Virus record (IMG/VR): IMGVR_UViG_3300023179_000011
Location: 135,846 to 199,845 of that record
Reading direction: 5' to 3' (one strand)
Length of the DNA: 64,000 bases
Source: a virus
Part shown: one piece after another, positions 18,464 to 28,627 of the stretch
Layout of the letters: every line of letters begins with the position of its first letter
Numbering within the stretch: the first letter of the stretch is position 1
The notes under the pieces: generated by a model
What the model was told of the DNA's origin: nothing
The model's database searches: none
What the model saw: only the letters and a program-made list of their open reading frames with translations
Position numbers and translations under genes: made by a program

Positions 18464-19000
18464 TCACGTCCGGTCTGGCGCAGAACGGGCGGGAGTGACC
18501 CGCTCGCAGCGCATTCCGGCTACCATGCCGCAACTCTCCCGCGTGTATGTATCTGTTGACTTATAAGTCATCAAAATCCGCCGCATCTTTTCGCAATCTT
18601 CGTAGCTGTCTTCGAGCTGGTTTTCATAAAAGATCGTGAGGTACGCGGCAACGGTGGGATGCGCGCCAGACAACGAGTCAAGCTCGTTAATACGTTTGGC
18701 GTAGTTGTCAGCCACCTCGGTTTCCATCTGGATAGCGCGGTCCAAGATATCGCTGATATTTGTGTACCGCGGAAAACTGTGGTCATCGGCAGTGGGCAGC
18801 TCGTAGTTCAAACCAAACAAGCGATGCGTGAATTGTAAGACATGCTCTAGCTCGCCCTTAGCCGCTTCGTGTAAAAACTCGCGATACTCTTCGGCGTGTA
18901 GGCCGGTCACAGCGCCGGCGTGGTACAAATAAAACTTCAAATGCGTCCACTCATTGCGCAAATCCGAGTTCATCTTCTCGATAAATTCTAGCAGAGTCAT
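18464..19000 (-). CDS. Ferritin/bacterioferritin-like protein
   Basis: NEWTHLKFY, ELEH, E..VADNY four-helix carboxylate pattern. Confidence 0.75.
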   Translation of the reverse strand: MTLLEFIEKMNSDLRNEWTHLKFYLYHAGAVTGLHAEEYREFLHEAAKGELEHVLQFTHRLFGLNYELPTADDHSFPRYTNISDILDRAIQMETEVADNYAKRINELDSLSGAHPTVAAYLTIFYENQLEDSYEDCEKMRRILMTYKSTDTYTRESCGMVAGMRCERVTPARSAPDRT

Positions 19001-19578
19001 AACGATTGCTCCTTCAGGTAAGCCGCAAGCCGTTCAGCCTGCGGTGTTTCTTCTTTAATGATTTGCTCGTAGCAGACCGCGCCGTACTGCCGAAAGATCT
19101 GCACGTTGTTTACAAACCAGCCCATATGGTAACCAGCCCGCATAAAGTTGACTAGATGAATTGTCGCCTCTTCGTCATACACATAGTTGTGACAGCCGAA
19201 CTTGTGCGCCCAGTATTCGCGCGGTTGGCAGTTAATATGTCCATGTCCGCCTTGGCCGGGTTGTGCTGCGCTAAAAATAATCGTAGGCGCCGTCTGCACT
19301 AACTTTTGCACAAACAGATCGGCCAGTTCGGGGTTAATGTGCTCGGCAACTTCTAAACACAAGCAGATGTCGTAACCCCGGCATGTGTCGAACTGCGGGT
19401 CGAACACGCTGAACTTGTCGTGCGGGGAGCGTGGATCTGGATCGATACCGTCGACGATAAAGCCAGCCGCTCGGAGGGCGTCGACATAGATACCGGGGCC
19501 GCAACCGACGTCAATAATTTTCATGCCGCCGACTATACCGCGCGGTATCACGCCGCGCAATACAGCCCGCGCAAACAC
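18997..19578 (-). CDS. Class I SAM-dependent methyltransferase
   Basis: IIDVGCGPG, CLEVAEH; alternative start at 19524. Confidence 0.85.
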   Translation of the reverse strand: MFARAVLRGVIPRGIVGGMKIIDVGCGPGIYVDALRAAGFIVDGIDPDPRSPHDKFSVFDPQFDTCRGYDICLCLEVAEHINPELADLFVQKLVQTAPTIIFSAAQPGQGGHGHINCQPREYWAHKFGCHNYVYDEEATIHLVNFMRAGYHMGWFVNNVQIFRQYGAVCYEQIIKEETPQAERLAAYLKEQSL

Positions 19579-19579
19579 G

Positions 19580-20287
19580 CTACAGCTTTTTTAAGATCGC
19601 TGCCACAAGCGGATGACGCACGACGTCAGAGTGGGCAAATTGCACAATATCAATGCCGGCGATGCCCTTGAGTTTCGTAACAACTTCATTCATGGGCGGC
19701 GGCGAAATCGGCAAGTCTGTTTGCTGCGGATCGCCCGTCACAATGATCTTCGAGTTCTGGCCGAAGCGCGACAAAAACAGCTTGAACTGCGTGTACGTGG
19801 CGTTCTGCGCCTCGTCAAATACGCAGATCGAATCATTGAACGTGCGGCCGCGTAGATAACATAACGGCGCCAGCACAATAGCTTTGTTTACAAACTCGCG
19901 TTTGGGGCCAAACTTGCCCAAGAGCACGTCCATGGTGTCGTACAGCGGCTGCATGTACGGATTGACTTTCTCGCCAAACGAACCGGGGAGATAGCCAAGC
20001 TTTTCGCCGGCGTCTACGATTGGCCGGGTGAGCACGATTGAGGCGGCACGTCGGGCCAGCACCTCATTGATAGCAAAAGCCATTGCCAGAAACGTCTTGC
20101 CAGAGCCGGCGGAGCCCAGCAAGAACGTGATGTCATTATCGTTTAGTGCCTTCCATGCACGGCGCTGTGTTTCAGTGCGCCACTCAATTTCGCAGGGCGT
20201 CAGCGGGGCTTTTGCTTTTTCTTGTTGTTCCTGTCGTTTCTTAGATTTTTTTTCGGCTCTTCGCGCATTCCGTTGCTTGGCAGCCAT
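19580..20287 (-). CDS. phoH: PhoH-family ATPase
   Basis: GSAGSGKT, LGYLPG, YLRGRTF, DEAQN, GDPQQTD. Confidence 0.95.
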   Translation of the reverse strand: MAAKQRNARRAEKKSKKRQEQQEKAKAPLTPCEIEWRTETQRRAWKALNDNDITFLLGSAGSGKTFLAMAFAINEVLARRAASIVLTRPIVDAGEKLGYLPGSFGEKVNPYMQPLYDTMDVLLGKFGPKREFVNKAIVLAPLCYLRGRTFNDSICVFDEAQNATYTQFKLFLSRFGQNSKIIVTGDPQQTDLPISPPPMNEVVTKLKGIAGIDIVQFAHSDVVRHPLVAAILKKL

Positions 20288-20321
20288 AACGACTCGCTTT
20301 CAAGTTGTGTTGCCGACCTCG

Positions 20322-22637
20322 CTATTCGTAGTAAAAAGGATTACGAACATTTGGAACATACGAACGCGCTGTTTGGGCAGCGTTGGTTACCCCGCGCCGC
20401 ACATCATTTGCTGTATTTACGACCGCATTCCGTGCCGTACCGTATGCGGTTCCCGCGGCGTCGCCAATCGCTGCGCCGGTGTTGTGAATGCCTTGGCCGA
20501 TTGCTTGCGGAACTGCCGCGGCAGCTTGCGCGGCGTTATTTACACCACGCCGCACATCATTGGCTGTGTTTACAACAGCGTTGCGTGCCGCGCCATATGC
20601 TGTTCCCGCGGCGTTGCCAATTGCAGCGCCGGTGTCGTGAATGCCTTGCGCGGCGGCGGCGCCTGTATTGTAAATACCGCGGCCGGCGGCCATTGGTACT
20701 GCCGCAACAGCTTCACCAACACCCGAACCGAATTGCTGCGCCGAGCTAATGTACGGATCCACGACAGGTGCTGTAGCGCGATACGCACCATACGTCGCGC
20801 CGGCAGCAATCGGCACGGCGGTCGCAGTGCGGGCGGCGTTCATCATTGTGCTGCCCGGAACCTGTGTGCCAGCCCAGCGAGCGACGTTTCCGGCGCCACG
20901 GGCAACCTGACCGGCGCCGTACATACCGGCGCCCGTTGCCGCGCGAATGCCGCCACCGACAGCGTTACCTACGCCGCCGCGCATCATTTGTTGCGCCCCG
21001 CCGCGAGCCATCTGCGCGCCGCGATTTACGGCAGCCGAGCCCAGCTCGCCGGCCGCGGCGCCTGTCGCACGACTTATCGTGCGCGCCGTACCAGCCATGG
21101 CGCGGCCGCCCCCGCGGGCCGTCGCGCCGAGACCTTTGCCGAGAGCTTTGACACCAGCAGTAAAAAGACTGCTCTCTTTTTCACCGTGCGACTGCTGCGC
21201 GTTTGTTGCGTCTGTCGGCACAGGACTGAGCGCCGAGCGTTGCTTGTCGTCAATGATCTTATTGCTGCCGCGCGCACTCGGCGTGCAGCTCATTTCCGTT
21301 GTGCCGCGAGGCGCACTGGAGCGCGCTTTTTTCTCTTTCTTATCTTTCTTCTTGCTGCCGACCGGGCGACACGAATCATTGCTGTAGGGCTTTTTGCCCG
21401 GCACCGGCTCATACCCTGTCCAGCACCGACCAGCTGCTTTGCCGAACTCTAGCGCCGAGCCCTGCTTGATACCCGTTGTGCTCGCGTTTTGCAGCTGCGG
21501 CATGAGCTGTTCAATGATATTTCTATTGTGGGTCAAAAAGTCGTACATCTGCCGCGCTTGTCCGCTGCTCATGTTGGGATCCCGTCCCATAAGCATCGTG
21601 GCGCCGAACTCGGGGCTCAGCTGGCTTAGAGCGTTGATTTGATCCATCGGGCCGCGGCCGCCGCCCAACATGCTGTACAAGCCGTTGGCGCCCTGACCAA
21701 CCATCCGGCGTGCGCCGTCGCCAAACATGCCAGCTCCGGCGGCGCCCAGACCAGCTGCGCCAAGGCCCAGCGCGCCAAGACCCGCGCCTAAACCGGTGTT
21801 CCCGCGGCCGCCCATGAACGCGCCGGCGAGCGCCAGCGGAACACCGGCGCCAATTGCGTAACGCGCCTCGATCGGCAGGCTGTTCCACATGCCCATCAAG
21901 CCGCCGTTATTGGGATTCGCTTCGGCGTGCTGCGCAGTAGACATCTGTGTATTCATCTGCTGCGCGCCAATATTTTCTGCCGTCGGTTCGCTGCCGATGC
22001 CCATAGCTTTGCCGGCGTAGTGCATGCCAGCTGCGCCTGCGCCCGCACCGACCGCTAAATTCAGTGGATTGCGCGCGTTTGTCATTGCGGACGAGCCGCC
22101 GCCCATCCACTCAGGAAGGTGCTTCGCGGCGGCTTGTGTGCGACCGATCGTGCGATCGCCCCAACGTTGGCCTGCCGGCACCGCGGCGTCACTCATGAAA
22201 CTAGAGACAAAATCGTCAGCACGATTCAGACCGCGGCGCATGGTATTCATCGTGCGTTGACCAAGACCGCCAACAGCGTCAACCGCTTGGCCGGCGAGTC
22301 GTCCGGGCGTGCCGTGATACAACGACGCGGCCTGCCCTTGGGCTGCGCGAGCCGCCGCGTCAAGACGGCTTGGCCCTGTCGGTTTCGCGGTGAGGGGCAC
22401 AGCTTTGTAACGGTCTTTGAGCGGAATGGTCAGCGGATCGACTACGTTTTGGCGCATGCCGCGTTGATAACCACGTGTGGCGCTCGTGCCGCGATTGACG
22501 AGTTGTTTTCCGCCGCGCACAGCGTCATCGGCAAGACCTGTTACGGCTTTGGTCCCGGCGCCAAGAATATCGCGCAGTAACTTATTTGCTTCTTTTTCGT
22601 GCCCGCCGATGTGTTGACCAAACTCATATGCGTTCAT
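20322..22637 (-). CDS. Large Gly/Ala-rich virion-type protein
   Basis: Starts MNAYEFG...EKEA; internal ALEFGKAAG followed by a CWTGY...SC module; C-terminal repeats. Confidence 0.75.
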   Translation of the reverse strand: MNAYEFGQHIGGHEKEANKLLRDILGAGTKAVTGLADDAVRGGKQLVNRGTSATRGYQRGMRQNVVDPLTIPLKDRYKAVPLTAKPTGPSRLDAAARAAQGQAASLYHGTPGRLAGQAVDAVGGLGQRTMNTMRRGLNRADDFVSSFMSDAAVPAGQRWGDRTIGRTQAAAKHLPEWMGGGSSAMTNARNPLNLAVGAGAGAAGMHYAGKAMGIGSEPTAENIGAQQMNTQMSTAQHAEANPNNGGLMGMWNSLPIEARYAIGAGVPLALAGAFMGGRGNTGLGAGLGALGLGAAGLGAAGAGMFGDGARRMVGQGANGLYSMLGGGRGPMDQINALSQLSPEFGATMLMGRDPNMSSGQARQMYDFLTHNRNIIEQLMPQLQNASTTGIKQGSALEFGKAAGRCWTGYEPVPGKKPYSNDSCRPVGSKKKDKKEKKARSSAPRGTTEMSCTPSARGSNKIIDDKQRSALSPVPTDATNAQQSHGEKESSLFTAGVKALGKGLGATARGGGRAMAGTARTISRATGAAAGELGSAAVNRGAQMARGGAQQMMRGGVGNAVGGGIRAATGAGMYGAGQVARGAGNVARWAGTQVPGSTMMNAARTATAVPIAAGATYGAYRATAPVVDPYISSAQQFGSGVGEAVAAVPMAAGRGIYNTGAAAAQGIHDTGAAIGNAAGTAYGAARNAVVNTANDVRRGVNNAAQAAAAVPQAIGQGIHNTGAAIGDAAGTAYGTARNAVVNTANDVRRGVTNAAQTARSYVPNVRNPFYYE
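20373..20648 (-). repeat. Two in-frame copies of a 153-bp-period coding repeat
   Basis: QGIH(D/N)TGAAIG(N/D)AAGTAYG(A/T)ARNAVVNTANDVRRGV(N/T)NAAQ occurs twice. Confidence 0.85.
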
Positions 22638-22785
22638 GAGTGTTCTCTTCCTGTTTTGTTATTTGTGTTGGCGCTGGATAACTACACCGACCGCCTTCGC
22701 AACATGTTTCCAAAATAATGTGACAGAACGGACATACCAGCTTGCCGCGAATTTCAATGCCGCGGCTTTCACACTGCGGGCACAT
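22624..22785 (-). CDS. Small zinc-ribbon protein (53 aa, not in the ORF track)
   Basis: MCPQC...CPFC...CC; TAATG overlap with the upstream stop. Confidence 0.65.
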   Translation of the reverse strand: MCPQCESRGIEIRGKLVCPFCHIILETCCEGGRCSYPAPTQITKQEENTHERI

Positions 22786-23417
22786 TACCACTCAAACTCC
22801 ACCGGCTTGCGCGTCTTATAGCTGAAGTTAACATCGAGTGGCGATTGAAAGCGCACGTTAGGTAGCGGAAGTTTGGGCGCCACGGCAGCGGTACCGCCGA
22901 GCAGTCCAGCCGCCGCAAGTGTCGGAACGCCGAGCGGAGCATCGCCTACTGCGCGCACACCCTTACCAACAGCCTGCAGCCCCTCGCCGGCTAGGTTCAC
23001 CGCATGCCCGGCGCCGCGTACCGCAGAGCCGCCTAGTCTCATGCCGTGACCAAGCACGCCGCGAATATCGCGGGTCGTGCGCGTGCTGCCGCTACCAATG
23101 TTGTTAATCATGCGCTTACCGGTCGTCTGCATGCCGCGACCTGTGCCCAATAGCAAGCCGCCAAGACCAGTCGAGTTACCAAGGCTAGTCCCGTCTTTAG
23201 GGCTGAACGTGGGCCGAGCCTTCGAGCCGACAATCTCGCCGGCGCCCTGTATGCCTCGGCCGAAACCTTTGACGACGCTCTGCGCGCCCCGATTGATCGT
23301 CTGCGCCCCACGGCCGATGCCAGACGCCGCGTTGGCAAGCCTCGCAACAATCTTTTCAAACCCGCCCGCCTGTTTTTCTAGCCGGCCGACGCTGTATCCA
23401 AACTCATACGCGTTCAT
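22785..23417 (-). CDS. Gly-rich basic virion-type protein
   Basis: Starts MNAYEFGYSVGRLEKQA. Confidence 0.75.
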   Translation of the reverse strand: MNAYEFGYSVGRLEKQAGGFEKIVARLANAASGIGRGAQTINRGAQSVVKGFGRGIQGAGEIVGSKARPTFSPKDGTSLGNSTGLGGLLLGTGRGMQTTGKRMINNIGSGSTRTTRDIRGVLGHGMRLGGSAVRGAGHAVNLAGEGLQAVGKGVRAVGDAPLGVPTLAAAGLLGGTAAVAPKLPLPNVRFQSPLDVNFSYKTRKPVEFEW

Positions 23418-23435
23418 GCTTACTGCTCCTTGATA

Positions 23436-24122
23436 TTAAAAGCTAGCCAGCGGGGTGTTCGCCTGCCCGCCGCCGTAGATACCGGGGCCGCTGGGCTGAA
23501 ACTGTTCCGCCTGCTGTCCGCCGCCGACACCCATTGCGCTCATGCCCAAACTTCCCGCCGCGCCGGCAACTGGCAGGACAAAAGGCGCCGCTTGCATCGG
23601 ATTTTTAATTCCGGCGTTATAAACTTTACCCATCATGCCCGGATTTTGAACTGTTGGGAGCACTTTCTGAATGCCGCCGCTCAGTGCGCGATTCGCGTTA
23701 TTGACCGCGGCGGTGCCCTTGGTCAAAAACTGTTGCGAGCCGCGCGTGAGGGCTCTGCCTGTGTTCGTGAAGCCCGCGCGCGCGAGTTGTTTTCCGCCGC
23801 CGGCAATTGCGCGCCCGACGCCCTTGGCTGCGAAACCCCAGCCGGGAATAAAGCTCAGCGCGCCGCTCAAACCAGCCATGCCGGCGTCCATAAAGCGGCC
23901 GTTGTACAAATGGCGAGATACGTCGTTAATAGCTGTCGGAACGCCGGTGAACGGATTTGAATATAGCGCCGTGTCAGCGATCAAACCGCGTTGAGTGGGA
24001 TCGCCCATCGGATTGATCTGGCTCATGGTCGAACCAGTCCCTAGTACTTTGTCACCAAGAGCATTCTGCGCCCGTTTTTCCGTTGCCATACCAACGCGAT
24101 ACCCAAATTCATATGGTTGCAT
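23436..24122 (-). CDS. Gly/Ala-rich virion-type protein
   Basis: Likely start MQPYEFGYRVGMATEKRA. Confidence 0.75.
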   Translation of the reverse strand: MQPYEFGYRVGMATEKRAQNALGDKVLGTGSTMSQINPMGDPTQRGLIADTALYSNPFTGVPTAINDVSRHLYNGRFMDAGMAGLSGALSFIPGWGFAAKGVGRAIAGGGKQLARAGFTNTGRALTRGSQQFLTKGTAAVNNANRALSGGIQKVLPTVQNPGMMGKVYNAGIKNPMQAAPFVLPVAGAAGSLGMSAMGVGGGQQAEQFQPSGPGIYGGGQANTPLASF

Positions 24123-24145
24123 AACGAACTCGGCGTTAATGAAGT

Positions 24146-24685
24146 TTATGTCGCAGGACGGCATTCGCGGCTGCAGCGAAACACTAGTGAGTATCGCCGA
24201 CCGACGACCGGAAGTATTTCATGGTTCCAATTGTAGCGAATTTCATCGCGCATTTGTACAAGACTTCTCGGCGCTAAATTCACCGAGAACGACTTTTTCT
24301 CTCGGGTAAATACCATCGTGGCCGGCGAAACAAGGCTTAATACAGTAATTACCGGGCCACCCTCGGGAAGATCGATGTGCGGTTTGATCACCTGTTTTTC
24401 TAGATACTGATTCAGAGTGATCGAGTCCGGGCGCTGGTCGACAAGGTTTTGCGCCACAAGCCGGTTCAGCAGAAATTGAAAATGCGCTGGAATCGTATCT
24501 GACAAAATATCTTGCGGATACGGAATTGACGAACCCCAGCGCTGAATGACGTTGCGCAGTTTGGCGTGGCGGCGTGTGTGCTTGGTCGGAATGCCGTCTT
24601 CGATGTGTATAAGTAACGTCTGCGCTTCTTCCGGCGAGATAAAATCTTCAACGAGATTGAGCGTGCCAATATCAGACGGAATCAT
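24146..24685 (-). CDS. alkB: AlkB-family 2OG-Fe(II) dioxygenase
   Basis: LNQY...PHID...WNHEI...RYSLVFR (HxD...H...R). Confidence 0.85.
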   Translation of the reverse strand: MIPSDIGTLNLVEDFISPEEAQTLLIHIEDGIPTKHTRRHAKLRNVIQRWGSSIPYPQDILSDTIPAHFQFLLNRLVAQNLVDQRPDSITLNQYLEKQVIKPHIDLPEGGPVITVLSLVSPATMVFTREKKSFSVNLAPRSLVQMRDEIRYNWNHEILPVVGRRYSLVFRCSRECRPAT

Positions 24686-25071
24686 GAGTTACCCGTTGTC
24701 AGCCGATTGTATTGCGAACAGCGCCGGTTGTTGCGCATTTCACGGCGAAAAGTGGCCGCTAGTTTGCGGACGTTCTTGTTGTAGCAATGATAGTTAAAAA
24801 AATGCCCAAACATGAAGTGGCAGGGTGTATCGCACAGCGTCATGAGGTTGCTTTCCACCAGCTCCAATTCCGGCGCGAGACTCACCGGAAAAACATGATG
24901 CACTGTTAAGTTATTTGTTCGCCCGCAGACTTCGCACGCCGGATGTTTCTTTAAGTGCTCGGCGCGGACTCGTCGCCACTCACCTGCGCGCTGCCGCTGC
25001 TCAAGGATGTAGCGCGGGCGCAACCAGAGCGGCAGCCAGCTGACGAGATAGTCGCGCAAATATGTGAACAT
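24682..25071 (-). CDS. HNH endonuclease
   Basis: CEVCG...HHVFP...NLMTLC..CH. Confidence 0.85.
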   Translation of the reverse strand: MFTYLRDYLVSWLPLWLRPRYILEQRQRAGEWRRVRAEHLKKHPACEVCGRTNNLTVHHVFPVSLAPELELVESNLMTLCDTPCHFMFGHFFNYHCYNKNVRKLAATFRREMRNNRRCSQYNRLTTGNS

Positions 25072-25193
25072 GGCCGGACTTTCGTGCTGCCGCGAACATA
25101 CGGCGGGTCATACGGACAGTTTTTACATTTTTTGCCGCAACAGGATCGCTGCGCCAGAAGAACTTCGCGAGATAACGGCGGATACTTACTCAC
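24951..25193 (-). CDS. Small Cys-rich protein (DUF5522-like)
   Basis: RSCCGKKCKNCPY; overlaps the start of the HNH gene. Confidence 0.5.
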   Translation of the reverse strand: MSKYPPLSREVLLAQRSCCGKKCKNCPYDPPYVRGSTKVRPCSHICATISSAGCRSGCARATSLSSGSAQVSGDESAPST

Positions 25194-25443
25194 ACTCGTT
25201 GTACTTCACAACCAGATACGTCCCCAGAAACGCGCCGAGCGCCAGAGGCACGACATAGAGCGGATTCTTGGAGTACGAGATCACGCCGTAGGCCCCCAAG
25301 CTATACAAGAAAGAACTTACAATGGCGGCGTTCACGGGCTGTCGTTTGCCGACACAGATCACATACATCGCGTACAAGATATCAATGACCACATAGGTCA
25401 CAAAGATCATGCCCGCCGTAGGCCAGTGAAAATCCTGCCACAT
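25186..25443 (-). CDS. Small multi-TM membrane protein
   Basis: MWQDFHW...; three hydrophobic helices. Confidence 0.65.
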   Translation of the reverse strand: MWQDFHWPTAGMIFVTYVVIDILYAMYVICVGKRQPVNAAIVSSFLYSLGAYGVISYSKNPLYVVPLALGAFLGTYLVVKYNECE

Positions 25444-25450
25444 AGCTGCC

Positions 25451-25804
25451 TCACATGACCGTTGTCGCGTGTGTAAACTTCTTTTCGTAGTGCGAGTAGA
25501 TCTCTGCAAACGCCACGCCCCACGCAGCGTCGTGCGCTAATTTATTGAACGCCTCGTCAGTCTCGGCGTTATCTAAACGATGGTTCCACGCCCGCGCATG
25601 CGCCCACTCGTGAAGCAGCACGTCCATGGCGCGCGATTCATCCAGACTCTTGTCGATCTGGATATGGAACTTCTTGCCCTGCTTCCAGCAGCGGCCCTCT
25701 AGTTTAGATAGCTTTACCCGCCGCACGCTCACGGGAAAAGCCGCGGGACACTCGTCTTTGAGCATCCGCAGGAGGGCCTGATAATATCTAAAACGAGCCG
25801 CCAT
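25451..25804 (-). CDS. Minimal zinc-metallopeptidase-like (SprT-like) protein
   Basis: VLLHEWAHA...HDAAWG. Confidence 0.65.
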   Translation of the reverse strand: MAARFRYYQALLRMLKDECPAAFPVSVRRVKLSKLEGRCWKQGKKFHIQIDKSLDESRAMDVLLHEWAHARAWNHRLDNAETDEAFNKLAHDAAWGVAFAEIYSHYEKKFTHATTVM

Positions 25805-25879
25805 GCTCCGTCCTCCTGAAGGGCGTCCTTGCCACAACAGGGTGATTATACTGGAGCCGGCGGGCTTTGGCGGCAGTGA

Positions 25880-27802
25880 TTATTTAGCGTTATTTTGCAG
25901 CTGCGCTAACACAGCCGCGGCGCTCTTTTTAACTTCTTCTTCGCCCGAGTCTTCCGACTTTTCTTCGGATTTTTCTTCTTTTTCGTCGCTTTCGGGTTTT
26001 TCTTTCTTTTTGCTGAACCCGGCGCCAATGCTCGCGCCGATGTTGCCGCCCATGTGAGCGCCAGCGCCGAGACCAGCCGCCCCACCAGCCAGCAAGCCCA
26101 GCCCAGCGCCCGGGCCGCCGCCAAGGGCTCCGCCGCCCAGTGCGCCCAGAATCCCGCCACCAGCGCCGCCGGCAAGACCGCCTAGACCGCCCCCAGCCAG
26201 CCCGCCGAGCACCGAGAGCACAGAAGCCTCTTTCTTTTCCCACGACGGCTTACCCAGCGCAGCACTGGCGCCAGCATAACCCAGCCCAGCGCCGCCGACA
26301 GCGCCAGTCGTACCGCCACGCACAATTGCATTCCGCATGTAAGCGTCCGCGTACGGCGAAATCTGCCCCGGACTACGAACCGGAATCTTCTTTCCGCCGC
26401 GTGTTATTGTTCGACCGCCGCGCTGTATAAATCGTTTGATCGCGTCGGCCAGTTGCGCCGTGCTGGGGCCAAAAAGCGTCTTACCAATACGCGGACTTGC
26501 CGCTGCAAGCGCAAGGGCGCCAAGTGCGCCGCCCACACCGCCACCAATCATACCCACGCCGGTACTGGTGCCTTTTACAGCACCGCGACCGAGACCTTCC
26601 ATGCGGTGACCAGACGGCGATGTGACGGCGCCCAGACCGGCGCCAACACCGGCCGTGACCGGCAGCGTCACGAACGCTTGTTTCTGCCTTTGTCGATTAA
26701 ATGCCAAAGCAGCAGCAACTTTTGCGGCAGCAGGCGTGATCGGTGTCATCGGTTTTGGTGCGGTTGGTGCGGGCGGCGTCATCGGCAAGCTTTTTGTAGG
26801 CATTGGAAGTCCTCGTTCTGGTCCCCAGTGAGCGGGCGGTTGAAACTTTCCAGCAGGATTAGCCGCTGGCGCAAAAGGTGGTTGTGCGATTATCGGCGCT
26901 TGCGGTCGAACTGGCAGCCCCTGCTGCTGGCCCCAGCGCGAAAACAAATTTTCATACTCGCCTAAATCTCGATGCAGTGTTGGCTGCATCGGCTGCGGCG
27001 CGTAATTATTAATAATACTACGATACTTTGGAATATTTTTTTGCGTGACAAAATCCATTGTCTGTTGCGGCGTGCTGCCCAGCTGTCGACCCATCTCTAC
27101 CGTGCGATCAAAACCACGCTGCCCAAGCGCATCAAGTTTATCTGCTACATATACATTACGCGCAGTGGGGGATGTCGCGAGCACGTGCGAATAACCTTTG
27201 GGCGCACCGGGCGGCGGTTGCAAATACGGAATACGACTCCACGCGTCCGTGTCGTGTGTGCGAATCGCCGTACGCAACTCACGTTGACCGGCGCGATCTA
27301 AACCGCTAACGTTTCGCGCCAGTTGCTTATTTCTATTTAAAAACTGCTTGACGTACCGCGCGCCCAACTCAGAGTGCATCAAATCTGGTCGCGCTTCCAG
27401 TACAGCCGTCGTGGTCCCCATAGATGGATTTGCTTTTAACACCCGATGCGCCTGATCAATCTCGCTGTGACGGGCTACGTCATGTAGAAGCGCGCCCAAC
27501 GTGCTGCGTTGCCGCACAGCGAGCGGCGCGTCGGCGGCAAGGCGCTGCGCGTTACGCGTAACGTTAAACACGTGCGGCGCGCCGTGCGCAACATCGGGGC
27601 CGAGGTGCCGCGCAGCATCCGCGGCCTGCCGACCAAGAAGTTTGTAGGATGCTGTCTCGCGCAAAGCCGGCGATAAGCCTTTTACTGCGGCCATGCGTGC
27701 TTCGGGCGCCAGTCGCATTAGATATTTCATGAGCGCAGGCGCAGCTTGTTTGCTCATTTGCGCGCCCACTTGCATTCCAAATTGCTCGGGCGTCACGCGC
27801 AT
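25880..27802 (-). CDS. Modular virion-type protein containing an HD phosphohydrolase domain
   Basis: LLHDVA...HSELGA...IRTHD...ADKLDA; begins TPEQFG...SKQAA; later KVAA, KQAF, KEAS and KSAA (the ORF track starts at 27940). Confidence 0.75.
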   Translation of the reverse strand: MRVTPEQFGMQVGAQMSKQAAPALMKYLMRLAPEARMAAVKGLSPALRETASYKLLGRQAADAARHLGPDVAHGAPHVFNVTRNAQRLAADAPLAVRQRSTLGALLHDVARHSEIDQAHRVLKANPSMGTTTAVLEARPDLMHSELGARYVKQFLNRNKQLARNVSGLDRAGQRELRTAIRTHDTDAWSRIPYLQPPPGAPKGYSHVLATSPTARNVYVADKLDALGQRGFDRTVEMGRQLGSTPQQTMDFVTQKNIPKYRSIINNYAPQPMQPTLHRDLGEYENLFSRWGQQQGLPVRPQAPIIAQPPFAPAANPAGKFQPPAHWGPERGLPMPTKSLPMTPPAPTAPKPMTPITPAAAKVAAALAFNRQRQKQAFVTLPVTAGVGAGLGAVTSPSGHRMEGLGRGAVKGTSTGVGMIGGGVGGALGALALAAASPRIGKTLFGPSTAQLADAIKRFIQRGGRTITRGGKKIPVRSPGQISPYADAYMRNAIVRGGTTGAVGGAGLGYAGASAALGKPSWEKKEASVLSVLGGLAGGGLGGLAGGAGGGILGALGGGALGGGPGAGLGLLAGGAAGLGAGAHMGGNIGASIGAGFSKKKEKPESDEKEEKSEEKSEDSGEEEVKKSAAAVLAQLQNNAK

Positions 27803-27958
27803 GCGATCCCCTGTGGCTTGAATAGAGTTTTGAATCTTTCGTGTGGCAACGTGCTGAACGATTTTTTCGAATAACTTGCGGCGCGATAACGCCAGCTCGG
27901 TGAGTTTGCTTACGGGCAGGTTTGGCATAAACAACAACACGCAGAGAGCAACAATAAT

Positions 27959-28612
27959 TTACCATGCCCTCCCGAGTTCCACGCCATCGACCCGCGCGAG
28001 CCAAATATCATTAGAAACTGCGCCGCCGGTCACGACAATATTCACCGATTTATTTACATCATCGGCCGCGATGGTGACGCCGTAAAAAGAATCTGTTTTA
28101 ACATCTGTCCCAAGCGTGCTCACCGCTCCGACCAGACTGACAGTGTTGTTGATATTTTTAACGGCAAATTTGCGCACAAAATGCGCTATATGTCCTCCAA
28201 AAGAAACGCCAACACCGGCGGTCCGCACGCCCATAATCGTCGCTGTAGCGCACAAAATGCGCCAGTCTGGAATGGTAAGCCGTGCCGAGGAGCCGTCGAG
28301 AAATAACGTCGTGGCGGTTGTATTGATTGACGTATTGCGCAGTAAAAAACTCACGCTTTGCATGACGGAAAAGCCGCTGAAACTGCCCGCCGAGTACGCC
28401 TGCATGCCGTACCGGTCGGCTGCGGCTAAAGCGCCACCCAGAATTGCCGAATACTCGGCGCTGGCGCTATTCCCGCCAAACGACGGCTGGACGCTATTTG
28501 CGCCCGCGCCCGCCACAAGAAGCGTATCTGGCGTGGGAAACCCGCTGACTGTGTCCGGGTCTAATTGCGTGTTTTTTAATACACCGCCGCCAAGGTCGAA
28601 CGTGTTTGCCAT
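27959..28612 (-). CDS. Hypothetical beta-rich structural protein
   Basis: 217 aa, Gly/Ser/Thr/Val-rich, resembles tail or baseplate proteins. Confidence 0.6.
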   Translation of the reverse strand: MANTFDLGGGVLKNTQLDPDTVSGFPTPDTLLVAGAGANSVQPSFGGNSASAEYSAILGGALAAADRYGMQAYSAGSFSGFSVMQSVSFLLRNTSINTTATTLFLDGSSARLTIPDWRILCATATIMGVRTAGVGVSFGGHIAHFVRKFAVKNINNTVSLVGAVSTLGTDVKTDSFYGVTIAADDVNKSVNIVVTGGAVSNDIWLARVDGVELGRAW

Positions 28613-28627
28613 ACGAATGCCTCACAC

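Noticed and set aside
20028-21452. 474-aa plus-strand ORF (also 1936-2736, 11278-11979, 33888-34625, 39234-39974)
   Set aside because: Antisense shadows of GC-rich minus-strand genes that carry recognisable motifs.
8570-25888. GCTAAATA at 8571 and 25881 as extra promoter copies
   Set aside because: They encode Ala-Lys-stop and have no ATAT 17 bp downstream.
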